Shown: positions 25,694-37,000, counted from the first letter of the stretch. The stretch: DNA of 64,000 nucleotides from an uncultured Enterobacterales bacterium (GCA_964604165.1 CAZRYF010000013.1:3408-67407); one strand, 5' to 3'. The notes: generated by a model from the letters alone, not told the origin. Program-made: numbers and translations.

Positions 25694-26712
25694 GCGGATT
25701 GAGCGTCGCTCTTCGCCACTGGTCCTCTCCGTTGGTCCATCCGCTAAAGACCGGGTGGGGGACGGTGTCCCATCGAGAAGGGTGGTGGGTCACCCTCCGG
25801 GACCCAGAGGGACGCGCGGGGGTTGGGGAGCTGGCGCCCCTGCCCGGTTTCTCAAGAGAGCGCCCCGAGGAGGCTCGACAGGCGGTGGAATGTGTCGATT
25901 CAGCCCGGCTGGATCTCGCCTCTCCCGTGGAGTCTCTGATTGGCCTGGACTTGCCGGCTGCTGCTTCCCACGGAATCGAGCAGGCGCTGTGGGATCTCCT
26001 GGGGCAACAGGAGGGACACACGGTCTGCGCACTTTTGGGGGGTGAAGAGGCGTCGAGTATCTCCGTTTCTCGTCTTGTTCGGGATGCCCAAGAGGCAGCG
26101 TCGGCGGTGAAGGCCGGATGCGGCTGCCTGAAGCTCAAGGTGGGTGCAGCTCCCTTGGGGGAGGACGTGGAGAGAGCTGCAGGGGTGCGCCAGGCGGTGG
26201 GGGGCGGGGTTGCCATTCGCCTGGATGCAAATGGCGCCTGGTCGCTGGAACAGGCAAGAGAGGCGCTGGATGGGTTTGCCTTTCTGGACATTGAGCTGGT
26301 GGAGCAGCCCCTCGCTACGTTGGCATCCCCTGGGGATTGGGCCTTGTTGCGGGGGGCGAGGATTCCATTGGCGGTGGACGAGTCCTTGCCGGTGACCCCG
26401 GACCTGGATGGGCTCTTGGATGTGGTGGATGTGGTGGTACTCAAGCCCATGTTGCTGGGGGGGCTCCTGCCGACCGTGCAGCTGGGACGGCGTGCCATGG
26501 CGGCCGGGTGCAAGGTGGTGGTGACCTCTTTGTTGGAGTCCGGCGTGGGACGTCACGGGGCTCTTCATGTGGCGGCAGCCTTGAAGGGGGAGAAGCTGCT
26601 GGCCTGCGGGTTGGACACTGGCGGCTTGCTCCAGCGGGATCCTTGTAGGGGTCCCGTGGTGAGAGAGGGGAAGATGACCGTATCGGGGCCGGGTTTGGGG
26701 TTGCCGAGATGA
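25690..26712 (+). CDS. menC: o-succinylbenzoate synthase (enolase superfamily)
   Basis: GTG 25690 overlaps the menA TGA. The sequence shows CLKLKVG, IRLDANGAWS, IELVEQP and AVDESL. Confidence 0.75.
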   Translation: MSGLSVALRHWSSPLVHPLKTGWGTVSHREGWWVTLRDPEGRAGVGELAPLPGFSRERPEEARQAVECVDSARLDLASPVESLIGLDLPAAASHGIEQALWDLLGQQEGHTVCALLGGEEASSISVSRLVRDAQEAASAVKAGCGCLKLKVGAAPLGEDVERAAGVRQAVGGGVAIRLDANGAWSLEQAREALDGFAFLDIELVEQPLATLASPGDWALLRGARIPLAVDESLPVTPDLDGLLDVVDVVVLKPMLLGGLLPTVQLGRRAMAAGCKVVVTSLLESGVGRHGALHVAAALKGEKLLACGLDTGGLLQRDPCRGPVVREGKMTVSGPGLGLPR

Positions 26713-28049
26713 GCGCTCTTCTTCCTCCCCTGGTGGCAGCGGCTCGCGCCCGTCCGGAGGCCTTGGCTCTTCGCTTTGGTGGAGAGACGCTGACCTACGA
26801 GGAGCTTCGAGCGGCTGCCGCTGAGGGAGCGGGGACCCTGGCGTCCATGGGGCTAGGGCCGGGCAGTCGCGTGGCCCTTGTGGGGGCGCCCTCCCTGGAG
26901 TGGGTCAAGACCTTCCATGCGGTGGGGTGGTTGGGCGCCATTGCGCAGCCTGTGTCCCACAAGCTTCCAAAGCCGGCGTTGGACGACTTGCTGAGCCGGT
27001 TTGCACCGGATCGGGTGTTGGTGGGGGAGGCGTTGGCCTTGGCGCCCAGCGATCCGCAGCCGGTGCGGCTGTGGCCGGCCTCAGAGACGCGCATCGAGCT
27101 GGCAAGCTCTGGCACGGGCGGACAGCCAAAGCGGGTCTCTCTGGACGGTCGGCAGATCTTTTTCAGCGCTGTGGCCTCCGCCTTGCGCTTGGGACACTCT
27201 CCTGGCGATGTCTGGCTCGACTGCCTTCCGCTGCACCATGTCGGCGGCCTCTCCATTCTCTTGCGGTGTGCCTGGTATGGCACATGCGTGGCCTTGCACG
27301 ATGGGTTTGATGTGACACAGGTTCGGGATGGAATTCACTCGGGTGGTGTGTCCCAGGTTTCTCTCGTGCCGACCCAGCTGGAGCGGCTCCTGGAACATGG
27401 GCTGCAGACCCACGAGAACCTCCGCTTTCTCCTGGTGGGAGGGGCGCCCCCGTCCAGGTCTCTCCTGGAGAACTGCGCAACCCGCGATCTGCCGGTGGCG
27501 ATATCCTGGGGCATGACCGAGACCGCCTCCCAAGTGGCCACTCGACTTCCTGGGGATCTCGCCCCCTTGTCGGCAGGCTGTCCACCCTTGTCCTTTGTGG
27601 AGTTGGAGGTGGAGGGGGGGGCGCTGGTGGTGAGCGGCCCACTGGCACCGGGAGGCAGGATTCGCACCTCGGATGCGGGCTGGGTTCGCGGGGGTCGGGT
27701 GGGGGTGACGGGGCGTGTGGATGACATCATCCTCTCCGGGGGGGAGAACGTGGATCCCCTCTCCATCGAACAGGCCCTGAGCGCCCACCCGGGGGTGCGG
27801 GAGGTGTTGGTGGTGGGACGAGACGATGCCCAGTGGGGCCAGAGGCCTGTGGCCTGGCTGGTGGCGGCTGGGGATCTGCAGCCGGGTTCCTCCGAGCTGA
27901 CGGAATGGTGTCGGGAGAGGCTGCCGGCCTTTGCGGTTCCGGATGCTTTTCGCTGGTGTGATGCTCTGCCCAGAACCGATCTGGGCAAGCCGTCACGTGC
28001 CCGGGTCCGAGAACTCGAGGCCAGCCTTTCGAAGAGCGGGTGCGAATGA
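26709..28049 (+). CDS. menE: o-succinylbenzoate-CoA ligase
   Basis: ATGA overlap with menC. Adenylate-forming motifs are present: SSGTGGQPKRV, WGMTETAS and GRVDDIILSGGENV. Confidence 0.8.
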   Translation: MSALLPPLVAAARARPEALALRFGGETLTYEELRAAAAEGAGTLASMGLGPGSRVALVGAPSLEWVKTFHAVGWLGAIAQPVSHKLPKPALDDLLSRFAPDRVLVGEALALAPSDPQPVRLWPASETRIELASSGTGGQPKRVSLDGRQIFFSAVASALRLGHSPGDVWLDCLPLHHVGGLSILLRCAWYGTCVALHDGFDVTQVRDGIHSGGVSQVSLVPTQLERLLEHGLQTHENLRFLLVGGAPPSRSLLENCATRDLPVAISWGMTETASQVATRLPGDLAPLSAGCPPLSFVELEVEGGALVVSGPLAPGGRIRTSDAGWVRGGRVGVTGRVDDIILSGGENVDPLSIEQALSAHPGVREVLVVGRDDAQWGQRPVAWLVAAGDLQPGSSELTEWCRERLPAFAVPDAFRWCDALPRTDLGKPSRARVRELEASLSKSGCE

Positions 28050-28421
28050 CGCCGGAACCGAGCGTGCACGAAAGGTGGTTGTGTCCAGGAACGCATGGGT
28101 CAGGCGCACAAGGACCCGGTGGACGCCGTCTTCCCCGTCCACTGAGTAGGAGAAGGTTACCGAGCTGTTTCCGAGTCGCGCTACCGTCACGGTGATCAAC
28201 ACGGTCTCCCCCAGCCTCAAAGGGGCTGCGTAGTCGGCTTCCGACCGCACCACTGGCATGCCCCACCCTTCCTCGTTGATGACAAATCCAAGGGGAATTC
28301 CTCCGGTCGCCAGCAGAACCTCAAAGGCTTCGTGGCACATTTCGTAGACCCGGGAGAAAAATGCAATCCCGGCGCTGTCCACGTGGGCGAAACGGATGGT
28401 GTAGGGGTGTTGAAAGCTCAT
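27993..28421 (-). CDS. 4HBT/YbgC-type hotdog acyl-CoA (or acyl-ACP) thioesterase
   Basis: MSFQHPYTIRFAHVDSAGIAFFSRVYEMCHEAFE is the typical 4HBT N-terminus. ATGA overlap with the upstream PPTase (28418-28421). The 3' end overlaps menE convergently by 57 nt. Confidence 0.8.
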   Translation of the reverse strand: MSFQHPYTIRFAHVDSAGIAFFSRVYEMCHEAFEVLLATGGIPLGFVINEEGWGMPVVRSEADYAAPLRLGETVLITVTVARLGNSSVTFSYSVDGEDGVHRVLVRLTHAFLDTTTFRARSVPASFAPALRKAGLEFSDPGT

Positions 28422-29095
28422 GGGGTTGGGGTAACCCAGCGGACGTTGGGCACCACCTTGCCCGCGTGCGTTTCTTGAGCAGGCATGGCGAGGGTTGTCA
28501 CCTGGTCCTCAGGGCTGGCCACCCGCTCTACGTCCCAGGACCTGCCCGAGGGAGAGACGAGCCGCCACGGCCCTGGGCCGGCCAGGACGGCGGAGGCATC
28601 CAGGGCAGCCAGTTCGGCGGCGATCCCACACCCTTCCGCCTTGAGTACGGCCTCCTTTGCGGTCCAAAGAGCCAGGAACGTGCGAGGGTCTGCCCACGAG
28701 CTATCCTGCTCATTTGGGTGAAAAAAACGTCTCGCCAGGGCCTCCCCATCGGGAATCTCTCGGACACGCTCCACGTCAATTCCCAAGGCGCTCACCGCTG
28801 CACTTGCCATCCACCAGGCGTTGCCGCAGTGGGAGGTGCTGAAGGCCCTTGTGGAGTCGGGCATCTGTGGTTGACCGGTCAGGGAGTGGGTCCAGTGGAC
28901 TTTGTCTGGCGGGCAACCCAGGAGAGGAGCCAACAAGCCCCGGGTCAGGCGCCTTCGACGCTTCAGGCGTTCTGCCAGAAGAGGGGTGACCATGGCGGCT
29001 GCCTCGGGCAAGTCTGTGGGTCGTGACCAGGCTGTGGGAAGAGGGGTGTCCTCATCCAGATTCGCTGACCAAATCCGGACCGCATCTCCCGTCAC
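28418..29095 (-). CDS. Sfp-type 4'-phosphopantetheinyl transferase
   Basis: Frame of ORF 28418-29422. The start is GTG 29095, 5 nt after GGAGGAG, overlapping the upstream stop (GTGA). The sequence shows FSTSHCG, LGIDVERV and WTAKEAVLKAEG. Confidence 0.8.
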   Translation of the reverse strand: MTGDAVRIWSANLDEDTPLPTAWSRPTDLPEAAAMVTPLLAERLKRRRRLTRGLLAPLLGCPPDKVHWTHSLTGQPQMPDSTRAFSTSHCGNAWWMASAAVSALGIDVERVREIPDGEALARRFFHPNEQDSSWADPRTFLALWTAKEAVLKAEGCGIAAELAALDASAVLAGPGPWRLVSPSGRSWDVERVASPEDQVTTLAMPAQETHAGKVVPNVRWVTPTP

Positions 29096-29877
29096 GGGTT
29101 CTCCTCCTGCAGCAGCTCGCCGCTCTCCACCCACCGCTGAAGAGTACGTGCGGCCGAGAGCATCTCCTGTCCATCTACGATGAAGTGATCGCAGATCATT
29201 CCTACCCCCAGGAGGCGGCGGATCTCTACTTTGCCGTGTCGAGCGACTGGTTTTCGCTCCACGAACCCAGGAAAAAATGCGACAGCCGTGTTGGCGTAGG
29301 CGTGAAAGCTGATCGGTCCTTTTCCGACACCTGCCACTGGAGAAATGCCGTAGGTTCCGTAGAGGTTTGAGTAAAAGGAGGGGCTGCTTCGGGTGCGCCA
29401 GCTGACGAGGCGGAGGATCCACGGGGGCAAGGAACGAAGTCGATCCACCCGTTGAAAGTCAGGCAGGTCCGACAGGGGCGCCGTGCGGGCATGCCGTAGG
29501 GTTCTCTGAATCTGCTCCATTGTGAGGTTGTTTACGTGTCTAAGCAGAAGGGGGTACAACGCCTTCTCTCCCTGGTCGTTCCTTCGTTGGACAATGACCG
29601 TGCAATGGATGGAGTTGAACTGCACAAGTCGTTTTCGGAACCCACTGTGGAAGAGGTGGCGATTCAGGCCTGGGTACTCCTCAAGAAGTCTTGCTGTGGC
29701 CAGAATCAGGTAGGCAGTGAGACCTACCCGGCGACCGCCTCGGCGTGCAGATCGCAAAGCCTCCAAAGTGTCGGTGACGTCGTACTCCCAGCCGGTGGAA
29801 ACCGGTGCATGGAAGCGCTGGGATCGACGCACAAGGGAGTAGATGATCTCCCGTTCGCCAAACCTGGTCTCCTTCAT
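29092..29877 (-). CDS. stand-alone 2-oxoacid dehydrogenase E2-type acyltransferase catalytic domain protein
   Basis: 261 aa with no lipoyl or subunit-binding domain. The sequence shows GLTAYLILATARLLEEYPGLNRHL and the catalytic block MICDHFIVDGQEM (DHxxxDG). Confidence 0.7.
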   Translation of the reverse strand: MKETRFGEREIIYSLVRRSQRFHAPVSTGWEYDVTDTLEALRSARRGGRRVGLTAYLILATARLLEEYPGLNRHLFHSGFRKRLVQFNSIHCTVIVQRRNDQGEKALYPLLLRHVNNLTMEQIQRTLRHARTAPLSDLPDFQRVDRLRSLPPWILRLVSWRTRSSPSFYSNLYGTYGISPVAGVGKGPISFHAYANTAVAFFPGFVERKPVARHGKVEIRRLLGVGMICDHFIVDGQEMLSAARTLQRWVESGELLQEENP

Positions 29878-31019
29878 GCGCCCCCCTCGCCGTACGTGGC
29901 CAGCAGCTCTCGAAACATGCGTCGTTCCAGTACCTCGGTGCTTCCCTCGTAGATCGTGGTCTGACGCGCATCCCGGAACCGCTTCTGAATGGGGTAGTCC
30001 CCGCGAATTCCGCGCCAGCCCATGAGTTGCACCACCGTGTGGGTGGCGTCCTCGGCGAGTTTGGAGGAGAGCAGCTTGGCGATAATGGCTTGGCGGGAAA
30101 ACGGTTGGCCAGCATCCAGCCGGCGGGTCGCATCATGAAGCACCGCGCGGGCGGCCTCCAGGCGGGCAAAAAGCGCCCCCAGTTGCATTTGCACATGGGA
30201 GAGCTCGAACAGGCGCCCCCCGTGCACCTCCCTTTCCTGGATCCAGGGCAGGGCCACGTTCAACGCCCCTTGCACCAGCCCGAGAATGATCGCCCCGCCC
30301 CCCACACGCATGGTGTCCAGAGAGGGAAGCAGCAGGTCAATGCCGGACCCAAGGGCGCCGATCCGGTTCTCGTCTCCCACCTCCACTTGAAAGGAGATGG
30401 GCGGCGTGGGAAGGGCTCGGAACCCCAGCTTGTCCGGGTTTTCTCCCACCTTGACGCCGTCGCCTCGAGGCACGGCAAAGAACGTGGGTCCCAGGGAGCG
30501 CCCTCCATCAAGCGCCTGGGCCAGCACCAGGTACAGGGTGGCGTGGGTGCCGTTTCCCACCATGCACTTCTCTCCCTCCAGTACCCATCCGCTTTCTGTG
30601 CGCCGTGCGGTGGTTTGAATCTCCAACAGGTTGGAACCACTGGAGTCTGGCTCTGTCATGCAGAGAGAAGCCTGTTTCCCGTCCTGGATGGTTGTCGCAA
30701 CAAGTCGCTCCATCTGTTCCGTTGTCCCCCCCCGGAGAAGCGGCACCAGGGAGCCGTGGTTGAAACCGAGACTAAAGGCAATGGGGGCACAGGTCGCGGC
30801 CAGGATCTCCCCTGCCTCCACCAGCTCCATAAAGGGCTGCCCCTGACCTCCAAGGTGCTCTGGCAGGCTTCGGTTCACCAGTCCCTGTCGGAAAGCGGCT
30901 GCGTGGACAGACTCGGCAAACCGGTTCTCCCGATCGTAACGGTCCGTCTCGGGGGCCATGACTTCTCGGGCAAAGCGCTGGCATCTTGTCTTGAAGTCTT
31001 TGGGTTCCACTCGGGTCAT
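29874..31019 (-). CDS. acyl-CoA dehydrogenase family flavoprotein
   Basis: 381 aa. ATGA overlaps at both ends (31016-31019 and 29874-29877). ACAD layout with LCMTEPDSGSN and C-terminal IYEGSTEVLERR (catalytic Glu block). Confidence 0.85.
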   Translation of the reverse strand: MTRVEPKDFKTRCQRFAREVMAPETDRYDRENRFAESVHAAAFRQGLVNRSLPEHLGGQGQPFMELVEAGEILAATCAPIAFSLGFNHGSLVPLLRGGTTEQMERLVATTIQDGKQASLCMTEPDSSGSNLLEIQTTARRTESGWVLEGEKCMVGNGTHATLYLVLAQALDGGRSLGPTFFAVPRGDGVKVGENPDKLGFRALPTPPISFQVEVGDENRIGALGSGIDLLLPSLDTMRVGGGAIILGLVQGALNVALPWIQEREVHGGRLFELSHVQMQLGALFARLEAARAVLHDATRRLDAGQPFSRQAIIAKLLSSKLAEDATHTVVQLMGWRGIRGDYPIQKRFRDARQTTIYEGSTEVLERRMFRELLATYGEGGA

Positions 31020-34000
31020 CCTTTAACGTCTGCTCGGCTTTCCTGGGCGAGCGCAGCCACCAGCGCAGCCAGCGTGGGGTGCTCAAACAAGAGCGTGGGG
31101 GGCAAATCCATTTCGAGCGCCTCTCCGAGGGCACGGGCGACCCGAACGGCCTGCAGAGAATCCATTCCGTACCGGGCAAATCGAATGTGTGATGCAACCG
31201 ACCCCGCCGGGCGGGAGAGAGCCTTGGCTACCATGGCGCGTACGGTCTGCTCCATAGGGTCGCTCATGGATGGGTCCTGGCAAGCCTCCGCAACCAGAGG
31301 AGCGGTGTCCTGCACCTCTTCCCGCTTGGCGGAGAAGTCTTGGACTTGGATGCGCAAGTGGCCACTTGCATCGAAGAGAGAGACATTCGCGCGCAGGGAT
31401 GTGGAGTCCGCGCGAAGGGGGGTGGCCAGGCGCGCGTGGGCCATGCAGGGGCCCTCCAAGGGGCCGAACACGTCCAGGCTGCCCATGGAGAACCCTAAGA
31501 AGGGGCTTGCGGTGGCGTCCCCGACCGCCAGGGTGAAGGCCGCCAGAGATTGGAAGGCGCCATCCAGCAGGCCGGGATCCAAGAGGTGGTGTCGGGCCTT
31601 CTCTCTCGGCTCCAGGTGTGCCAGGAGCTCCCACTTGCCCAGGTACACCCGGGTCAGGGTTTGCAAGCGGGGCCCATGGACCATCCCTGTTCGCTCCAGG
31701 CGTTGAAGGATTTCCTCCACGGGAATCTGTGAGGTGCAGTTCCGTCGAATCCCATCCAGATCCTGGACGGGCGCTACCCGCACCTGGGTGACCCGTTTCG
31801 CACTCAGGTGGGCCACCCACTCGCCCGTCCTTTCCCGGCTCTCCAGAGTCCACTGACCGTCCTCTCCTTCTACGGCCCGAAGTCGCTTCAAGTCCCCCTC
31901 CTGAAGCTGGAAGGACCGCATGATCCACACGTCTTGAAAACGGGCGGTGTCCGGGCGCCCCGCAAGCTTGGCCAGGCGGTCCAGCATCCAGGACCCGGGG
32001 GCGATGCTGCGACCCTGGGCCCGGTGATCCCGAATCAGGGGGTCGGTCTCGAGGGAGACCAGTTGGCCGCCAGTGGACCGCTGCGGTGCGGCGGCCTGGG
32101 GTGCTGTGAGGTTGAAGTGCAGTCCGGCGGGTCGCAGATCCCGGCGTTGGTGGGGATAGGGAGAACGAACGGTCGGCAGCAAGGGGTCCACTGGCTGAAC
32201 GCGGTGCCAGTTCGGATTTGCTCCCTGCTCGTAGAGGTCCGCCAGCGCCTGCAGAAGGGGGCTGGATTCACCCTCGCGCAGCAAGGGAATCGCTTGTTCT
32301 CCCGCGCTCTCAATGGCGCTGGAGAGCACCGCTCGTGCGCCCAGTTCCACGAACACGGTGGCGCCCTCGCGGCCCAGGCGGGAGATGGTGCGTCCGAAGT
32401 CGACGGTGCCGGTGACCTGGTCCTGCCAGTACGCGGTCGGGATTTCCTCCATGGGACGGGCATGCAGGGACGACCAGAAAGCCAGGTGGGGTCGGAGGGG
32501 GGCTCGATCCAAAAGGGCAGCGGACAGGGCTGCCTTCACCGGGGCCATCCAGCGTGAATGGGCGGCGCAGCCCACCGGAAGGGGACGACACACAAGTCCG
32601 TTCTCAGAGAGGAGCCTGGTGGCGTATTTGATGGGCTGGGCGGGGCCGGAAAAGACGCATTGATCCGGGGCGTTTCGGGCTGCGAGATCCAGGTCGATTC
32701 CTGCTCCTTCAAGCAGAGCCCGCGCTCTCTCTTCCGCACCCAGTACTGCCACCATTCCGCCAGGCGAACAGGCCGCCATGGCCTCTCCTCGCAGTACCGA
32801 GAGCGCCATCCCCTGGGCTGGATCCAGGGCGCCGCTTACACAGGCGGCCACCAGCTCACCGGCGCTGTGACCCACGACGGCGTCGGGCTGGATTCCCAAT
32901 CGTTCCAGCGTTTTTGAAAGAGCGAGTCCTGTCGCAAAAACAAGTGGCTGCGCATGGGCGATGGTGTGGTTTTTCTGTTGCAACAATTCTATCAGGTCAA
33001 AAGGAAGCCCTTTGCTCAAGGAACCGAACTCTTCGCGAAAGACCGGGGAGGACTCCAGGAGGCGGAGTACGCGCTGGGGGTGTTCTGAACCGGGGCCCGG
33101 AAAGGCGAAGACCACCCTCCTCGCCTGGGATCGTGCGTTTCGTTGTCCAGAGGAGAGAGCGACCAAGGCCTCTTCCAAGCCTGCCCGCGACTCCACCACG
33201 GTGGCACTTCTCCACCCGTGGCGGGGTGCCCCGCGTGCCCAGGAAGCAACGAGGTGGTGCAGGGGAAGAGAGTCGCCTCTCTTCAACTCAGCGAGCCGCG
33301 CCGTGGCCACCTGTCGCATGGCAGCAGGGGAGGGGGCTGAGAGGGCGAGGACCTGTCCTGAGAGGGACGCCTCTGGGGCCATGGAGGTCTGAGGTGCGTC
33401 GGCCAGGACCAGGTGGCAGTTCGTACCGCCGACCCCAAAGGCGCTGATTCCTACCCGCCGGGGTTCGGTCGTGCGAGGCCAGGCCAAGGGAGCGAGCACA
33501 GGCTGGAGAAGGGGGCTGGGAAGACGATCGGAGCGGGCGGTTGCGCCGGCGATGGGGGGAATCTGCTCGTGTTGGAAGGCAAGCAGCACCTTCCAGAGAG
33601 ATGCGGCGCCCGCTGCTCGCTGCAGGTGGCCCACGTTGGACTTGGCGCTGCCAAGGGGCAAAGGGCGGTCTCGGTTGTCCAGCCACCGGGTCAGCACCGA
33701 GGCCTCCACCGCATCCCCGATGGGGGTGCCGGTGCCGTGGCATTCGATCCAGTCGGCTTCACCCGGGTGACGGCCTGCCTGTGCCCAGGCCGCTGACAGA
33801 ACCGCCTCTTGTCCCGCGGGGTTGGGGGAGAGGCGGCTGGCGGCGCCTCCATCATTGTTGACCGCGCTTCCCGCCACAACGGCCAACACCCGGTCGCCTT
33901 CCGCCAGGGCTCGCTCCAGGGGCTTGAGCATCACCAACCCTCCACCTTCTCCCGGCACGAAGCCATCGGCCCCAGCTGAAAACGGAGTGCAGGCACCGGT

Positions 34001-37000
34001 CTTGGAGAGGACCCCCGCCCTCCCGAGAAGAATGTGGCTGATAGGAGTAAACAGAAGCTCCACCCCCCCGGCGATGGCGGCCTCACACTCGCCCTGCACC
34101 AAGGCCCTGCAGGCCAGGTGAATGGCCACAAGAGAGGAGGCGCATGCAGCCTGAATGACCACAGCGGGGCCTTCCATGCCCAAGGTGCTGGCGAGGCGTG
34201 CGGCTGCCATGTTGTCGGTGACGCTGCTCAAGGTCTCAGAGAGATCCAGGGAGCCGGAGTTCAAGCCTTCCAGAAGCTGGCGGCGATCGAGAAAGGTATC
34301 GCCCTGGCACACGTAGACGCCCAACTTCTTGGGGGAGCAACCGGTGTGATCCAGGAGATCAGTGGCCAGCTCCAGCAGAAGACGCTGGTGTGGATCAATG
34401 CTGCGGGCCTCTCTCTCTGAGGCTCCAAACGGCTCGGGATCAAAATGGAAGGGGCGGGGGAGCCAGGCGCCAAAGGTGGTCTCGTCGCCTGGGTGCAGGC
34501 CGGGGTCCCAGCGGTCAGAGGGGAGCGGGCCAAAGCTGGCGTGGCCTCCTGAGAGAAGCTGCCAGAAGGCGTCGCCGTCTTCTGCGCCCGGCAAGCGACC
34601 TGCCACACCCACAATGGCAATGGCCCCTCCAGGAGACGGCATCTGTACCGTCGAGGTCGTGGGCGCAGTGGGGGCAGCAACCGACTCCGCCTCCTCCCGA
34701 ATGCGCTCGACCATGTCCAAGGGGGTCTGCACCCCCTCCACCACCCGGTGAGAGAGGTTTCGTTGGAGCGCGGCCTCCAGCAGGGCGTGGATTCGCGCGG
34801 CCTGGATAGACCGACCCCCCAGGGATCGAAAGGTGCTCTGCGGGTGGATCACGCCGGCGGGCAGGGCCAGCACCTCTTGCCAAGCACTGAGAACTTGCTG
34901 GAGAAGGTCGTCGGGTTGAGTGGGCTCCGGATCTGTTCGCCGCGAGGCGACTCCTTCCAAGCGCTGCCGCAGCTTGTGGCGCTGGGTCTTTCCGCTGGAG
35001 GTTCGGGGTATTTCTCTTCTGTGGACTTGTTCCAGGGAGGCAATGCGAAGCCCGAATGTCTGGCCGATCCGTTCTCGCAATGCTTGTTCCCCGGCGGCGT
35101 CCAGGCGTGCAGGCTGGACGACGAAAAGCGCCAGGCAATCCCGGCCATCCCGGTGAAAACCCGTCGCCACAACGCTTCTGGGTCCAAGTCCGGGCAGCGA
35201 TGCTGCCACCCGTTCCACGTCTTCCATCCACAGGTTCTCCCCTTCCAGGCAGATCCGGTCCGCACGCCGTCCCACGACAAACAGGTGTCCCTCGGCCATG
35301 CATCCGTCATCCCCGGTGTTGATCCAGTCTGGGGATCCCAGGCAACGCCCTGGGGATCTCACTTGGATTTGCCCTCGAATGGTCTCGGAAACCTCGGCTC
35401 CATCGGCATCCACCACGCGGACTTCCACCCCCTCCAGGGGGGCTCCCAAGTCCACCAGCTCCATTCCCTCCTCGAATTCCCGCCATGCAGGGATCTCTCC
35501 GGGCCGGGACAACGTGACACACAGAGTCGCTTCGGCCAGGCCGTACCCCGGGCACAGGGCCTCCGGTCGGAATCCCGCGGGCTCGAACCGATCAAGAAAC
35601 GCCCTTAGGGTGGCGCTGGAGATGGGCTCCGCCCCATTGAGCAAGCAGCGCACACCTGAGAGGTCCAGGCCCGTGACGTCTGGGATCATTTTTGTGACAT
35701 GTGCCAGGCCAAAGTCAGGGCTTGCAGTGCAGCTTATTTTATGTTTCGAGATCCGGGAGAGCCACTCTCTGGGTCGTCGCACAAAATGCCCGGGCTCCAT
35801 CAGCACCTGGTTTGCACCCGTGGCCAGTGGGAGAAGGTGGTAGCCGATGAGCCCCATGTCGTGATGAAGAGGCAACCAGCTTAAGAACTGCGCTTCGGGC
35901 CCTTCTGTTCGGGCAGCGACAATGGAGTCGATGTTGTGGAGAATGCCCCGGTGGGTAAGGCCAAGTCCCTTGGGGCGGCCGGTTGTGCCCGAGCTGAACT
36001 GCACCAGGGCTGCGGCTTTCGGGTTGCCCTCCCAAGGTGGGCCGGGCTCTCCTTTTTGTAGAGATTGCAAGGAGTCCCCGCGGATCACCATGGGGTTGTC
36101 CAGGGAAGATCGAAGGATGGAAGCGTCCTTGACGATGGAGGGTAGCGCACCCTCCAGGAGACAGGCCCAGAAAACCCCCACCGTGTCGGGAAGCCCCATC
36201 CCCTCCAGCAGCACGCTCCTCCTGGGGGCCAGGCCGTTCTGCTGGAGGTGGGCCCGAATGGACTGGGCTCGTTCAAACAACGCCGGGTAGCTCTCCAACC
36301 GGTCCGGAGCCCCGACGGTGAGGTACCGAATTCCCTTGTTCGGGTGGTCTCTCATCGTCTGACGGAAGCGAGAAACCAAGGTCTCCCCCCCAGCGATTGA
36401 CGTGCTTTCTGCAAACCCGGGTGCCCAGATGCGGGTGTGGCGGAACGAGGTGTCCGTCGCAAGCTCCTGTCCGTGGGGGAGATGCCAAAGGCCCGGTGCT
36501 TCCAGGAGCTGGCTTTGGCCGGGGAAGACCTGATCCAGGAGGTTCCGTGTGGTGTGCAGGCCCCATGCGTGGGGCAGGGCCCGCTCCACGTGCAGTCGAA
36601 AGGCCTGGGCCAGGAGGGATCGCTCGTCCGAGTCGAGGTCCAGTGCCTTGAGGTGGGCCAGGTCCGTGGGAATGTGCTGTGCCTCTTCCCGGGCGTGGAG
36701 CCGGTGGGCCGCTGCCCAGGTGGGCTGGATAGGGACGGACTCCTCCTGAAGCGCCCGGTGAAAAAAGAGCGTCCACTCCTCAAAGAACAGGGTCGCAGTC
36801 CAGAACAGGTGGTGCTGCTGCCCTGCGGACTCGTAGCCCTCCAGGGAGAAAGGAGCCTTTAGAACGGCGCGGCTCTCGTCTGCGCAGTCGTCAAAGGACT
36901 CGGACCATCCGGGGAACCGGCATCGCAGACGCCTCGCCAGCTCCTGAAACATCGCGATGTGCCGGGTTTCCTCCAGGCAGAGGTCCGTCACGCAGGCCTG

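Noticed and set aside
30027-31706. 559-aa plus-strand ORF antisense to the ACAD gene and the megasynthase 3' end
   Set aside because: I saw no domain signature. It overlaps two genes with clear family motifs on the other strand, so it is a shadow ORF.
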